Shown here: one piece after another, positions 1 to 12,240 of the stretch
Numbering within the stretch: position 1 is the stretch's first letter
How the letters are laid out: every line of letters starts with the position of its first letter
From: Eledone cirrhosa
Taxonomy: Eukaryota
Length of the DNA stretch: 64,000 nt
NCBI GenBank assembly: GCA_964016885.1
Contig: OZ024743.1
Location: 151,218,001 to 151,282,000 of the forward strand
Direction of reading: 5' to 3'
The notes under the pieces: model-generated
The model's database searches: none
What the model was told of the DNA's origin: nothing
What the model saw: only the letters and a program-made list of their open reading frames with translations
Position numbers and translations under genes: made by a program

Positions 1-2019
1 TATGCCCAATTTTTTTTAAAGAATGTGAAGTACGATTGTTGAGAGATTTGGCTGCTACTTCTAGCAGGTTAAATGCTCACATTTAGGTTCTCTCATTAGT
101 TTATGTGTTTGTACCTATTAATTAGGGATACAACACAAAATTAACATAATTAATACCTGAAGCAATTCCTGTGAAAGTAGAACTACTAGAAAAAGGCAAG
201 CCAAGAAACTATAAACTAGTAGAAATATATAACTATAATAGAAAAAATAAATATCAGTCTCATATGCAAAGATTAAGCCGTATGTGGAGTGTGTGTAGTA
301 GTAACATCTGCAATTTATGTAAGATCCGTAGTGGCTGGAAGGAATGTACTGAGTAAAATGTTTAGGATTTTAAATATTAATGTATGATGACGACACCAAT
401 GAGTGAATAGGAAGCAGCTGTATTAATATAGGCATTTAATAGAAATGGACAACATGTACCAGTTAAAAGTGTGTTCCGCCAAAGTGACATCAGAATTAAG
501 ATGTATGGAGATAAGTTAACAGAGGAGAGTAGACTGTGTTAGATCTAGATAAAGGAAACATAAGAGGGAGTGGTTACATCAGAATTAAGAATGTTGAGCC
601 TCCTATATAAGGTGATGCAGAATTGAGATGTATGGAAATAAGCAGTATTATAGATCTTTCCAGTTCATCATAGAGCTATGGAAGATAACGATGATGATGA
701 AAAGATTGCATATTTTGTTTTCAATCTATATTCACATCTGGATACATAGGAACTGGATAAATGACTTTATTTTTACTTAAAAGATTTCATGCCAAGAATA
801 ATTATTAGATAGTTATTTCCCTAAGTATATCGATTCATATTAATCCAACATTCCGTTTCTCCAAAGTAATGTTACCTGTTCAACTAAGCCATTGCAAATA
901 TATAGTGATTATTAAAATACTGCCAATAAAAGATGTTCGTATGTTGGATGTAAACTTCAGTATTAATTTTGTCAATGTTATGACACATTTTTCTCTTCAT
1001 TTTAGAACAATTTAGATTTGGATTGAGTGCTTTGTAAACTTTAGATATTTAGCTTTTCCAGTTAGATTTTTACATATTTTCTTTTAACAGAAAATATATC
1101 ATGACGAATATATTTTTATCAGTTTATTTATAAACAGCATTTATTTATAAATAATATGCAACTGGATATATTCTATGAAAGATAATCTTTTTTGGGGAGC
1201 AACTTCTTTACATCAATTGAAAGAAAAGGTAATATTAAGTTTTGAAGTTTTTATTGATCGTAGTCATTCTAGAATCCCCAAAATAGGAATAATAAAAAAA
1301 AAAATCATAACAGTGGTTTGCAGAAACTAGCACACTTGAGCTAAGAATTATATACAACTAATACTGTAAATGAAAGCAGCTCAGGATTCTCCAGATCTCT
1401 TCAAGGAACTATTTAGACACAAAACAGTTATATTTAAAATGCTGTTCCTAAATGTGACAAAAATATTAAAAAGATATATGATAGTAAAATATGCTGTCTT
1501 TCTAAGATGACTGCTGTCCAGAAATATAAAATATCAGCCGACTTCAGCAAACTCTCTTAGAAATGTAAAATAACCCTTTCTTATATCAAATTCCTCGTGA
1601 TTACAAGATAAACCAATAGTTCCCTATAGTTATATTTATAACTATTTTCTCTAAAATTTGATTCTAAAATAATTTGAAAAATGATATAGAGATGAAAAAC
1701 ACACTGGGCATACACCTAAAGCTTAATTTAAACAATATTACAAATGAATGTATTTAACAGACAATATTGTATAACACATGATGAGCTTACAGTTATTTAT
1801 CTTTACTGAGTGGAATTATAGGAAAGTCAAAAAAATATCATGTAGTTATTTCCATAGAAGTATTTAACAGCTTACATAATAAGAGAAACAAAAGAAAAGG
1901 AGGAAAGATACACACACATTATATATATATATATTGATAGTTTATAATGAATGGTTTGTGACTTAATCTTTAAGCATTTATAGAATAGGATTAACTAGTT
2001 ACTAGTTTTTATAATTAAA

Positions 2020-2465
2020 GCAATGGATTGTAGTATCGGTTGAGCAACAGACAACATGCTTTCTGGTATATAGTTATGGCTTTTTAAGTTCTGATTCAAA
2101 TCCTACCGAGGTTAGCTTTGGCTTTCATATAGTACCAGTAACGCACTGGATTCAATTTAATCAACTTTCCTCTTCCCCCAAATTGCCGGCCTAGTGCTAA
2201 TAGTAGAAATAATAATTAGGGCAGTGGATTTGTAGAGCATTGGGTAACATGCTTTGTGGTATTTAGTTATGACTCTACATTCTCAATTATGGTCAACTTT
2301 GCCTGCCTAGGTTGATAAAATTAAGTACCAGTTAAGTATAGATCAACTTTGCATTCCATCCCTCTGAAGTCGATAAAATGAAGTACCAGTATAGAGGTCA
2401 ATATAATTAACATTGCTCTTCCTACAAGTTGCTGCCCTTGTGCCAATGTTAGAAATATTATTGTT
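2020..2465 (+). mobile_element. Two tandem tRNA-derived SINE copies (family A; octopus OK/Meta-domain-like)
   Basis: B-box-like ttcaaatcc, central 'ctttgcctttcatcc...gtcgataaaat.aagtaccag' motif, (ATT)n/(AAT)n tail; same motifs recur at more than ten places in the window. Confidence 0.8.
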
Positions 2466-5400
2466 TTAGAATATTCTAAGCATGAATGGAACTGAATTTA
2501 CTCTATAACAGCATTTAAAGGAAATTTATTTCTTTGAATAGACTATAAGGTATAAAAAAAATAAGGTTAAGATTTTTTTTATTTTTTAAAGATTATATTG
2601 AATAAATAATATTTGTAGTTTTAGATATGGTAGAATTAAAAAGAAAATATAACTAAAAACATTGCATTGCAACAGATTAGTATGTCACTGATGTCATCAT
2701 CACTATCTTCTATTCAATTCAGAGAGAAGCAATTAGATATCAATTCTGTTGACTAATACTTCATCTCATTCATGGATCTTATAACTGCCTAATATCTTGC
2801 TATCACGGCTATCTCCATGGTATTTTAAGCATGCTATTCATTGGACTTAAATACAAAGGTAACTGAGATATTACAATGCAATGTAACAGGAAAACCGGGT
2901 ACACATCACAGAATATTATTTGCTAAATGGTAAAAATTTGAGAGTGAGCAACACTCAGGTTTTTGCAGAACATTACTTATATGATCTTTGAGATCTGTGT
3001 AGTCATAGGTTAGCTCTGATTGAGTAGTTAACCAAATAACTAGGTACAAACCACAGATCTGTAACTATGGATATGCTAAACCTCTTTTTAGTTCAAGCAG
3101 CTATTAAATGTATGTAGTATGTGTACTGGGATAGTTTGGTTATGTATTTTTTTTTCACTGCCCAGTCTGTTTCTGTGTATCCATAGATTCTGAAGCTCTT
3201 TCAAGTTGCATACAAAAATATTTTAGATACAGCACATCATATTTTATTGTTTTATAGCAAGATGAACTTGAATAGTTATTAAAACCAATGACAATCATAT
3301 GGCATTGCAACTTAATTTTAATAGATACTGCTTTCTGTCAGTATCTTGCCAAAGAAAAGTTACAGATGGTTCCGTTTTAGAATGTTATCCTGTAAACTGA
3401 AAAGTTGATTTTTCATATCATCTCAACAGTGTAGCATTATATTCTTGATAAAGACATTTGATTCTTAAGTTTAATAGAGAAATAAACTAGAATTTATGAA
3501 GTTATGAAACTTGGTATAAGCAATCCAAGCCTAGTATTATACAGCAGGATGTCTCTCAGAGATAGAAGATACACAAGCAAATTTAAGGAAAAGATCTAAT
3601 TAAATTTCATTTAATCTATGAAACTTCAGTCTAATTTCTCTCCACCAATACTACAGGCACTCCCTCAACCCAGGTGCACATTGACAAATGACAAAGAAAG
3701 AATGAGTTAACAATGGGGGGGAGGTAGTTAGATTCTAACTTTCAGATTAACCTTCACATTAGAATGGACTTCTTTCTAATGTAACCGAGTTGTTGAGAGA
3801 GGAAAAATTAGTAAAAGCTTTTGTTTGCATGGTCTTTGATCTTTATAGGAACCAATCTCTTAAATCTGTTTTAGTGCTGCTTATATAAAGACAAATCTTC
3901 TTTGTTATACATATAATTTTACATATCAGAATGCAATTTTCTGATTGAAGCAACATTTCAGTAAAATCAGAATCACTTAGTCAAAGGTTGAGCCAGTAAA
4001 CACCCTGCTTTTCAGTACTTAAAGACTTCTTTGGGATGAAATAAAATGTTAATGAAAAAGAAAGGTGATAAATATAGTTTATTCACCTTGACAAAATTGA
4101 TAAAACTTTCAGGTGGTAGTTATAACCTGGCAACATGAGTTTTGATATAGTGGTTTGAATTTGTAAATGTAGCATAATGTAATTCTATAATAGCTCAGTC
4201 TTTTCCAGATAGAATGATGAAAGGCATTCTCAAAGTCATTTATAAACCTAGCAAATTTCTTTTTATGTTCAATCGACTATTCAATGATATTAGAAAAGAA
4301 TCCATTCGGGAAAAGATCTGTCATGCTGAAAGCCTGATTCCCCTTTGTGAAAAACACTATTACTATTTTCTAGAGTTTCTTATGAAGTACTTTACAGAAA
4401 GCTTGGCTCACAATTAAAAAAAACAAAAACATTTTAACAATTATTACAAATGCTTAAATCATATTTATTTGTTTTATGTTTTATTTGTGGTGGTGATGGG
4501 AAACTTTACCATGATATATTTGGATTGCTTAGTTGCAACCACTTAAGTGCCCCAGATATGCTATACAGCTCATGAATTGGAGTATGAACTCCTATTTATG
4601 CTTGAGCAACTCCAAAGAAATGTTGTCAGTGCTAGCTACAATATTGGTTTTTGGGTGATATGATGGTACTGTGAATTTTTTTTAGTGTATATGCTAAGAT
4701 GAATTGCTTTTAGGAGAAAGTAACTAAAAGCTGCGGCAACATCTCAAAAGCTTATTCCGTAAATTTAATAAGCAAGAATCCTTTGGAGTTGAGTGCTAAT
4801 TACTGCTGATTTCAGTGAACTGGCTATAGGAATAAATCAATAATATATATATTAATATTGTTAACAATAATAAATTGCTTATGAAACCAGTAACAATCTG
4901 ATTGAAGTGACTAATGCCATTTCCTTTTCTATAGATCATATAAGAAGTGTAGTTCCTGTAAGGAAATAGAAAGTGTTCTTAATGGAAGAAAGATATTAAA
5001 GAGCCTATTTGCTATGAAAAATGGCATAACTTCGATTGGAAGAGTTATTGAATAAATATTGAGAAAGACAATGTGATAATAGTGTACATATAAACATGGT
5101 CAAACCTAAGACGTCAGTCAGCAGTAAAGATCTAATAGCAGTAAATTATCTGTCAAGAGACAGAAGGTTTAAATGTGAGGTGTAAATATAAACGTGATGC
5201 TGAGATATGAATAAAAAAGAAACAAAACAGTATACTGATGTATGTTTAAAACATATACATACTGTAATATGGAACTCAGGAGGCATATTCCCCAAGTTCT
5301 CTCCAATAATATGGAGAAAGTATTGCACTCATTGCAGTTTTAGATATTTTGTAGTTGATGTCAGAGGTTCACTTGACTCTGTTACCATATTGCCAGGCAA

Positions 5401-5619
5401 AAGAAAAGCATCTCTGATGTTAGACTGATAACGTTTTCCTTTTACTAGTATCAGTCAATGAACTGTGGTCATGTTGAGGTAGAAATTTCTAAGGTATAGT
5501 ATTTGTTTTATCAACCTCAGAGGGATGCAATGTAAATTAGACCTGGGTAGGATTTGAAACAACATGTCTCGTATGATGTTCAACACATTCTACCATCTAC
5601 TTCATGTTAGGAATATAAT

Positions 5620-5880
5620 ATCTCTTTTTATACCAAACTGCCTCCAATTCTACAATACAAAGCTGTTTGTTTTAAAGTGTTTTCATTTATCTAAAAACTT
5701 CCCATCATAATTATTATGTAAGAATCTTTGTTAAGTTATGTTCCAAACATCAGCTTAATAATAAGAAAGTTAATTATATTACTAAATCATTCCAAATTCC
5801 TGATTATTTTCAAAATTATTTGAAAATTATAGGCAGTATCTTTTATTCGAAATATGCATTAGAAAAAAAAAAAAAGGTTA
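5620..5880. mobile_element. Degenerate piggyBac-type MITE (family P1, uninterrupted copy)
   Basis: Colinear with 9290-9393 plus 10007-10101; ends in ...aaggtta, a decayed GGG-TTAA terminus. Confidence 0.5.
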
Positions 5881-6659
5881 TAACAACACAGCATAAACAT
5901 TAAAAACTTAAGTTTACTAAAATATATATATCTGAAATAGTTTTGTTATAGAAAGAAACTTGGCAGATATACATCAATTCCTCAACAGTACATTACAAAT
6001 TCAGGTCTTAAAATTCTTTTAAAATTCATTTATCACTGTCACTGTAGTGTGAACAAAAAATATCCCTTAGCCAAAATAGAAAATGCTTCATAGCCTGTAC
6101 ATAAACTGAGTGTTTGAATACTAACTAGGACTTGTATTTAGAAAAAAAAGACATCATCCTTGATTTGAACAAGGGAGAAAGACATAAAAAGGAAAATTCT
6201 GAGTCAGATATCATCTAAGATATTCAAGCCAACCAGAGAATAAATTAGGCTCAATATTGTAAATATGTCATGAAAATAGTGTGGAATATAAAATGAATGA
6301 TGAAATAATGAGGACAGACATCAATTAAAAAAATTATATTAAAAATTACAATAAAATTTTATAGGAACAGAATCATTTTAACAAAAGTTGATGTAGCATT
6401 TCATCCATAAAACAACAAAGAATGATGACAGAAAATGATATCAAAAATTTCCCTAAATATCTTTATTTCTTATATCTCATTGATATCAGTTTATTCTATT
6501 TCACATATATCCCTTATAATCCAAATACTCAAGTCAATGAATGATCTCAAAAAATTGACACTAAAATATTGTCTAAGCAGATCTTTTACACATTCAATTA
6601 ATGCATTGCTCTGGGGCTCAGGAAACAAAATAGGGACCCATAAATATTTTGTCTGATAC

Positions 6660-6825
6660 CTTCCCCTGAAAGCATAACCTCACAGACCCTTGAAGTTTTG
6701 AAAAGAGCCCCTCCCTTTCCCATGGCATTGGAGCTTAAAAGCAGTCTTCTGCCTGCAACATTTTTCTTGGAGGCTCCACTCAGACTATATAATTTATGAC
6801 GCCTACTTTGACTCATGGTATACAT
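6660..6825 (-). CDS. Candidate alternative first coding exon (55 codons + 1 nt, phase-1 end)
   Basis: ATG at 6825 opens MYTMSQSRRHKLYSLSGASKKNVAGRRLLLSSNAMGKGGALFKTSRVCEVMLSGE, followed by gaag|GTATCA donor-like site. GC elevated over flanks, no TE motif recognised, and same end phase as the 29494 exon. The donor is non-optimal. Confidence 0.45.
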
Positions 6826-7019
6826 GAAGCTATGTTATTCAACTATTCACAGCAATAACACTTGGATATATTCTACAACAATTTTTTTTGTTTTATTATT
6901 TAATAAAAAAAAGAGAGAGAGAGAGGGAGGAAGGTGAAATGGATTGGCAGAATCAGTAGAGTGTGGGACAAAATGTAGATATTAAATTTTCCCCTAGAAC
7001 CCACAGGTGGTGAAAACAG

Positions 7020-7270
7020 AGAGGAAGACATTATTGTAAAGAAAGGCTTATTAGTGTCTGGATGGCAAGATACAATAGGGATGAAGAAAAGGGAAGAGAT
7101 CAGTCATCAGTTGGGTTTCATGCATTTTGTTGATTCGGAGGAGCACATACACCACCATATTATCAAATAGAAAATAGAAGACATTGAGTGTTGGCAAGCA
7201 AAGAGTTCTAGTAAACTGGCTAGTGGAAGACTGACTATTAGTTAATTTGCATGTATTGGGGTACACTTCA
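7020..7270 (-). mobile_element. Degraded CR1/Jockey-group LINE 3' fragment
   Basis: Translation LTNSQSSTSQF...VFYF...HPYCI resembles the ORF2 C-terminus of CR1-Zenon-like LINEs; heavily decayed. Confidence 0.4.
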
Positions 7271-8039
7271 GAATGTTTGTGTGTGGCAGATGCACCGTTC
7301 TATTAATATGAGCAGTGCTCCAATGTAGGATACACTTACAGTTACAATTTATAACTAAAGTATTCTATATCTCTGAATAACAAACTTAGCTTTTCAGCAA
7401 CATCATAAAGGCATGATTACCAAGAAAGGTCATCAGAGATTAGCGTTCAAAAATCTGTAAAATGTAAATGTAGGTTCTGGTTTTTTTCTCCCCCATCTCT
7501 ACACTGATACAAATAAATCCTATCTCCTTTCATACTGTTTAAACTGTGCCCCTACCCACACTGTTTCTAATAAATAATTTTGAATTAGAACTGTGCTAGA
7601 CTAACCACAAAAAATCTATTTCTATAGGAAACACTGAGATACTAAAAATACTGAATCTATGATAAAAAAAATAAGTTACTATGTTCAAATAGTTTCTTAC
7701 ATCTTTATTAAGCATCTGTACATTAGGGTTGGCCAGAGCTACTCAAATAACGAGAAATATTTATTTGAATGAAAATATTAAGAAAACTAAGAGAATTAGA
7801 ATCCTAATCCCATTAAATATTCTTTCATGTGTTTTGGAGATTCCAAGAACTCAATATTATAAAAATTAGTTAAATGTTGTCAATTTTTTTCTCTTCACAT
7901 TTATAATTGGTAGATAGCTCTGATTAAATAATAATTCTTTTTTAAATTCTTTCAGTCATTCAGCAAAACTGGTTAAAGCGGGACACCACATGAACACACA
8001 TATATATAATTATGTATGTGTGTGTAGCTTAATATTATT

Positions 8040-8560
8040 TTATCCAAACTCCCTTATGATCGAGTAAAATAGGCGGGTGCTAGCTGCTTTTACTAGCAAA
8101 TGTGTTACTCGACAAACGTCCATCCTTTATTTCCTTCTGTGACCACTGTACCACATGATTAATTCTCACCCCCGAGAACTTTTCACTTGTAACGGTCAGT
8201 TCAAGAATTATTCCTTTCACATGAGGGGTCTCTCTAGAAGCTAATAGCCTCGCGACCTTGGTGTACTTTCGTTGCACTATAACTGCATATCGATCAGTGA
8301 AACTGTGCAGTCAGGACCACGGAGAAAAAATTTTGTCTATTTTTTCTCTTCACACTTACAATTGATATATATATATACTTCAATGAAAAAAGAAGGCAGA
8401 ATTCCAAACATTTTAATATTACAAAAATCGCAATACATATTTCTATGGTCAGCCGGCTTACATCATCAGAGCATGACGCAAGACATGTGGCAACATCATC
8501 AGGTGTAATTCACAAAGATGAAGTAATTAATCACTGGATTACGGCAAAATATAAATAAAA
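8040..8560 (-). promoter_or_regulatory. CpG-retaining putative internal promoter / non-coding first exon (candidate exon ~8170-8320)
   Basis: Many CpGs in an otherwise CpG-depleted intron and no TE hallmarks. Good minus-strand donor GGG|GTGAGA at 8170/8169; TGACGCAA (CRE/C-EBP hybrid-like) near 8475. Confidence 0.35.
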
Positions 8561-9289
8561 AATAGAATTGATATGGAGGTCATCTGCTAAGTAGGTACAA
8601 ACAATTCTATTCTTTGTAATTCTGTATAAATATATTATTTGAAACATGTTTAAATTCTGAAGCCGGGTCAGTGAAAGAGCTTATTCATTTTTATTGTTAT
8701 TATTCATTTGCTTTGTTGATTGTATGTGTACAGAACTAAAGCATCACTACACCACATCATACAACTGGAGCCCTTACATTCACTCCAAATGCTTGACCTC
8801 TCAATCACTGAGGATCTTTCATGGTGAATACACATCCTAAACATGTCTAAAAATCCATTTAACAGATTGGCTTTTCTCTTCAGAGCCAGAAAATACTTCA
8901 GTACCCAACAATTTCTGATCCTCTAGGATGTTCAGCTAAGACTTGCATCTTAGAAGTGTATATAGAGCTTAATATGTATCTATGTAGTTGCAAGGATTGT
9001 GAACCCATACCTAAAAGATTTTATGTAGACAGACTTATCTGTAGAGATCAGATTGGATGTGGTAAACCTCTGAGTATAGGTTTGTTTACCTAGTAACCAA
9101 ACACATAATTATATATATATATATACAGTCATACATATATGTGTCTGCAGTCTAAGGGACCTACAAAGGGCATGAATATGGACCACTTCTTCCTTCCTCT
9201 TTAGAATTTCTACATAATTAAAAAAAAATAATGTTTGTATGTGTGTAGCCATCTTATATAAATTCACATAAGAAAACTTTTTCTTTTGC

Positions 9290-10101
9290 ATATGCCTTTT
9301 GATATCAAACCACCTGATTTTGTGATACAAAACTATTTATTTTAAAGTGATAATATTTATGTAAAAATCTCCCCTCATAATCTCATGTAAGAAAGTTTCA
9401 GTGAACTTAGAAACTGTTCTACAAAATATCTGGACCATCGAAATACTAAACACACATCAAGTTCTAGAAAATCAAACTTTCCAGTTGTTGTCTTCTGTTT
9501 CTTCTACAACAACTACAACGGTACGCGATGGGGCCCACCCACAGCCCCGGCGGACAGAATGGAGAAGGCGTTTCCCTGGAGGATGGCAAGGGAGACACGC
9601 TGGAAGAGCACTCCAACTCGCGGGGCTCACACTTGCAGCTGGCCAGCTCAGCGCCTATGGTGGTGAGTAAAGAGGTAGCCCTGGGGCCGAGGACACCAGA
9701 AGTCTCCACCGCAAACTTGTCGGAGAGCGACCAGTATTTGAGGAGTTTGGCCCCCTCAGCCCGACGTGCAGCAGAACCTGGGTCAGTCGCAGACTGCACC
9801 AGGTTGCTGCTGCGGAAAGTGCCGGTGCAAGTGGCATCATAGGCGAGGGGTTTGCCACCGCGGAACGGGAAGATGGTCATGCCATCTGGCCTTTTGCCGT
9901 CCCCTCGATCCAGCCCCACCGGCTCGAGCTGGGAAGGGAAGCCTACAGCGTCCAAGCCATGCTTAATGACCTCGTTGAGGGCAGCATGGCGTGGAATGCG
10001 GCCGGTGTTATATTTCAAACACCAGCTAATTCTTGATTATTTCAAAATTCAAAAATTACAGGCAGTGTCTTTTATTATAAATATGGTAATGAAAGGGTTA
10101 A
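9290..10101. mobile_element. piggyBac-type MITE (family P1) split by the CRE-like insertion
   Basis: Left part 9290-9393 and right part 10007-10101 (ending aaagggTTAA) align end to end with the copy at 5620-5880. Confidence 0.6.
9394..10006 (-). mobile_element. 5'-truncated CRE-clade-like non-LTR retrotransposon (restriction-like endonuclease domain and 3' UTR)
   Basis: RHAALNEVIK...LEPVGLDRGDGKRPDGMT..F..GKPLAYDATC...AEGAKLLKY...FAVETSGVLG is the RH / KRPD / D / E..K..KY RLE signature typical of CRE-like elements. GC- and CpG-rich; frameshift near the end. Confidence 0.85.
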
Positions 10102-10160
10102 CGTACATAAATATTTTAATCATTTGTGCATGACCTTTTCCAGTCATATGCTGTCTTTAA

Positions 10161-10345
10161 CCCTTTAATGTTCAAACCGGCCAGAATTCTCAACCTCTTT
10201 CTGATGAAACTGGCTGAAACTGGTCGCTCAAACTGATGTTAAGGTATATAAATACTTTCAAAATCTCATAGATTCGATATTATGTGAGATAAAGCCTTTA
10301 TCATGAAAACACAATAGTATATAGAGTAATGTGAATGCTAAAGGG
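10161..10345 (+). mobile_element. piggyBac-type MITE (family P2), 185 bp
   Basis: TTAA at 10157-10160 and 10346-10349; TIRs CCCTTTAATGTTCA / TGAATGCTAAAGGG; reverse-oriented sister copy at 25543-25730. Confidence 0.85.
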
Positions 10346-10943
10346 TTAAATCAGTGTGCTAGTACTAGTTTATTTATCAAAAATATGGGGGGGGGCTCCT
10401 CCTCCTTTCTACATATATATAATCAAATTATTGTGGATTTAATTAAGTAAAACTCACCCTATCTTCAAATAGCTAGTTGCTGTACCCGTCTCATCCCAAA
10501 TGATATCCATAATTGACTTCTATGCTCTATTAGGAACAGGTTTTTCCAACAAGATGGCTACAGAGAGCTTACTCTAAATGGTGCCACTTAAATAGCATTT
10601 ATGATATGGAATCTGTATATGAGTGTATATTTTTATGTGTATGTGTTTATGTGCATATATAGTTATATATTTTCTTTGTTGTTTATTATACCTTTTTATC
10701 TATCTATTCAAATACTCATAAACTACCCCTACCAGAATATCTTCATTTGTTTTTGAAGAAATGTATCTTTCCTATTCTAATTGAATGTATTACGTCCAGG
10801 TGTTTAAAATTATAAGAATCGTCATGTTTACCAGATTTCTCGAGTATGTATACAGACATAGACAGAACTTTCTTGTAAACTGCTTGTTAATAAATGTCAC
10901 AGTAGATTCGAGCACAAAAGTATATGTAATTTTTGATTTAGTT

Positions 10944-11725
10944 CAATTCAATTCAATTCAATATATTTGGCAGAAATTAAAACATAGATGCTTCAGATGC
11001 CATGTAAGGAGGGGAGGGGGGCAACATTTACACAGTCCGAAACACAGTGGTTCAACACAGGTCCAACTTCGCCTTGAATTGTTGCGTGGTTGGTGCTTTG
11101 ACTACTTCTTCTGGAAGCAGATTCCAGGGTCCAGAGTTGCGGATCGAGAAAGCAGCTTTCCGTCTATTTAGGCGAAAGCGGCAGTGAAACAGCTTTTTGT
11201 CATGTCCACGTAGACCCCTTTCAAGTGCCGGATTGACTAGGAGATCTTGAGGGAGATCGTAATGGCCATTGAAGAGATTGTAAGCCAAAATGATATCGCC
11301 TCTTAGCCGTCGACGCTCCAAGGAGAAGAGGTTCAGCTTCTGCAGCCGGCTTTCGTAGAGCAGCTCATGAAGACCCTGTACCATTCGAGTTGCTAGTTGT
11401 TGAACTCTCTCCAAGTGATGGATATCCCAGATGAGATATGGGTTTGATGCTTGGATGCCATATTCTAGGTGCGGTCTCACGAGGGCGACAGAGAGGCTTG
11501 AAAATTTCTGGAGTAAGTTTGGCAAAGGAGCGTCGAATAAGAAAAAGAGAGCTCATTGCCTTGTTTGCGGCTTGAATGCAATGTTTTGATGGTTTGAAGG
11601 ACGAGTCGACCAGCAGACCAAGATCTTTAGTCTCCTCAACCTCCTTCAAAGGAGTAGTGCCACCGTTGAAGGTAAGAGCTGAGTTATAAGGTGTACTCAC
11701 TGCCATATGGCAACACTTATCGACA
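10944..11725 (-). mobile_element. 5'-truncated CR1/L2-group LINE (ORF2 C-terminus, 3' UTR, (ATTGA)n tail)
   Basis: KDLGLLVDSSFKPSKHC...ALVRPHLEYG...LERVQQLATRMV...LFSLERRRLRGD...WNLLPEEVV motifs with one frameshift; pentamer tail at ~10944-10962; possible 5-bp TSD TAGTT (10939-43, 11726-30). Confidence 0.92.
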
Positions 11726-11989
11726 TAGTTAAAATAGCATAAACCAGTAAGCAAAAAACATCAGAATAAAATTTTGAGTATTTCCAGCAATATCTTGCTA
11801 TTTTCGATAGTTTAATAAAAAAAAAAAAAAATAAATAAATAAAAAAATAAAAATGATGGAATAATAATCTGAGTATAACCAAGTGTGATATTGTTGGTAA
11901 AAAAAGGTTAACATTTTACTTTGAGAGAAAAAAATCAAAGAAAATCAGATCATAAAATGTTTGCAACTACTAAAAAGAGATATCAATTA

Positions 11990-12240
11990 AGCTCAGAGAC
12001 TAAGAGGAGTTCACATACCTAGGAAGCCATATCAGCAAAGTCAATGTGGCAAAAAGAGACACAGAAGCAAAATTGACCAAATCTTCTGAGGCCTTCACAA
12101 GATTTTAGTTGATTTGAAAGTCTAGACTATAGTCATATGACTAAGATTGAACTTTATAACAGCAACGTCAAATATGTGCTAATGTATGATCCAGAATGCT
12201 TGTGGGTGGTAAAAGGAAACATAGATAAAATGGATTTTGA
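11990..12240 (+). mobile_element. Degraded RTE LINE RT/thumb fragment
   Basis: EEFTYLGSHIS...KIELYNSNVKYVLMYDPECLW matches the RTE 'FTYLGS...LYNSNVKSVLLYGSECW' pattern; stops present. Confidence 0.75.

Noticed and set aside
8080-8277. 65-aa minus-strand ORF as a protein
   Set aside because: Starts at GTG with no in-frame ATG after the upstream stop; more plausibly UTR or regulatory sequence.
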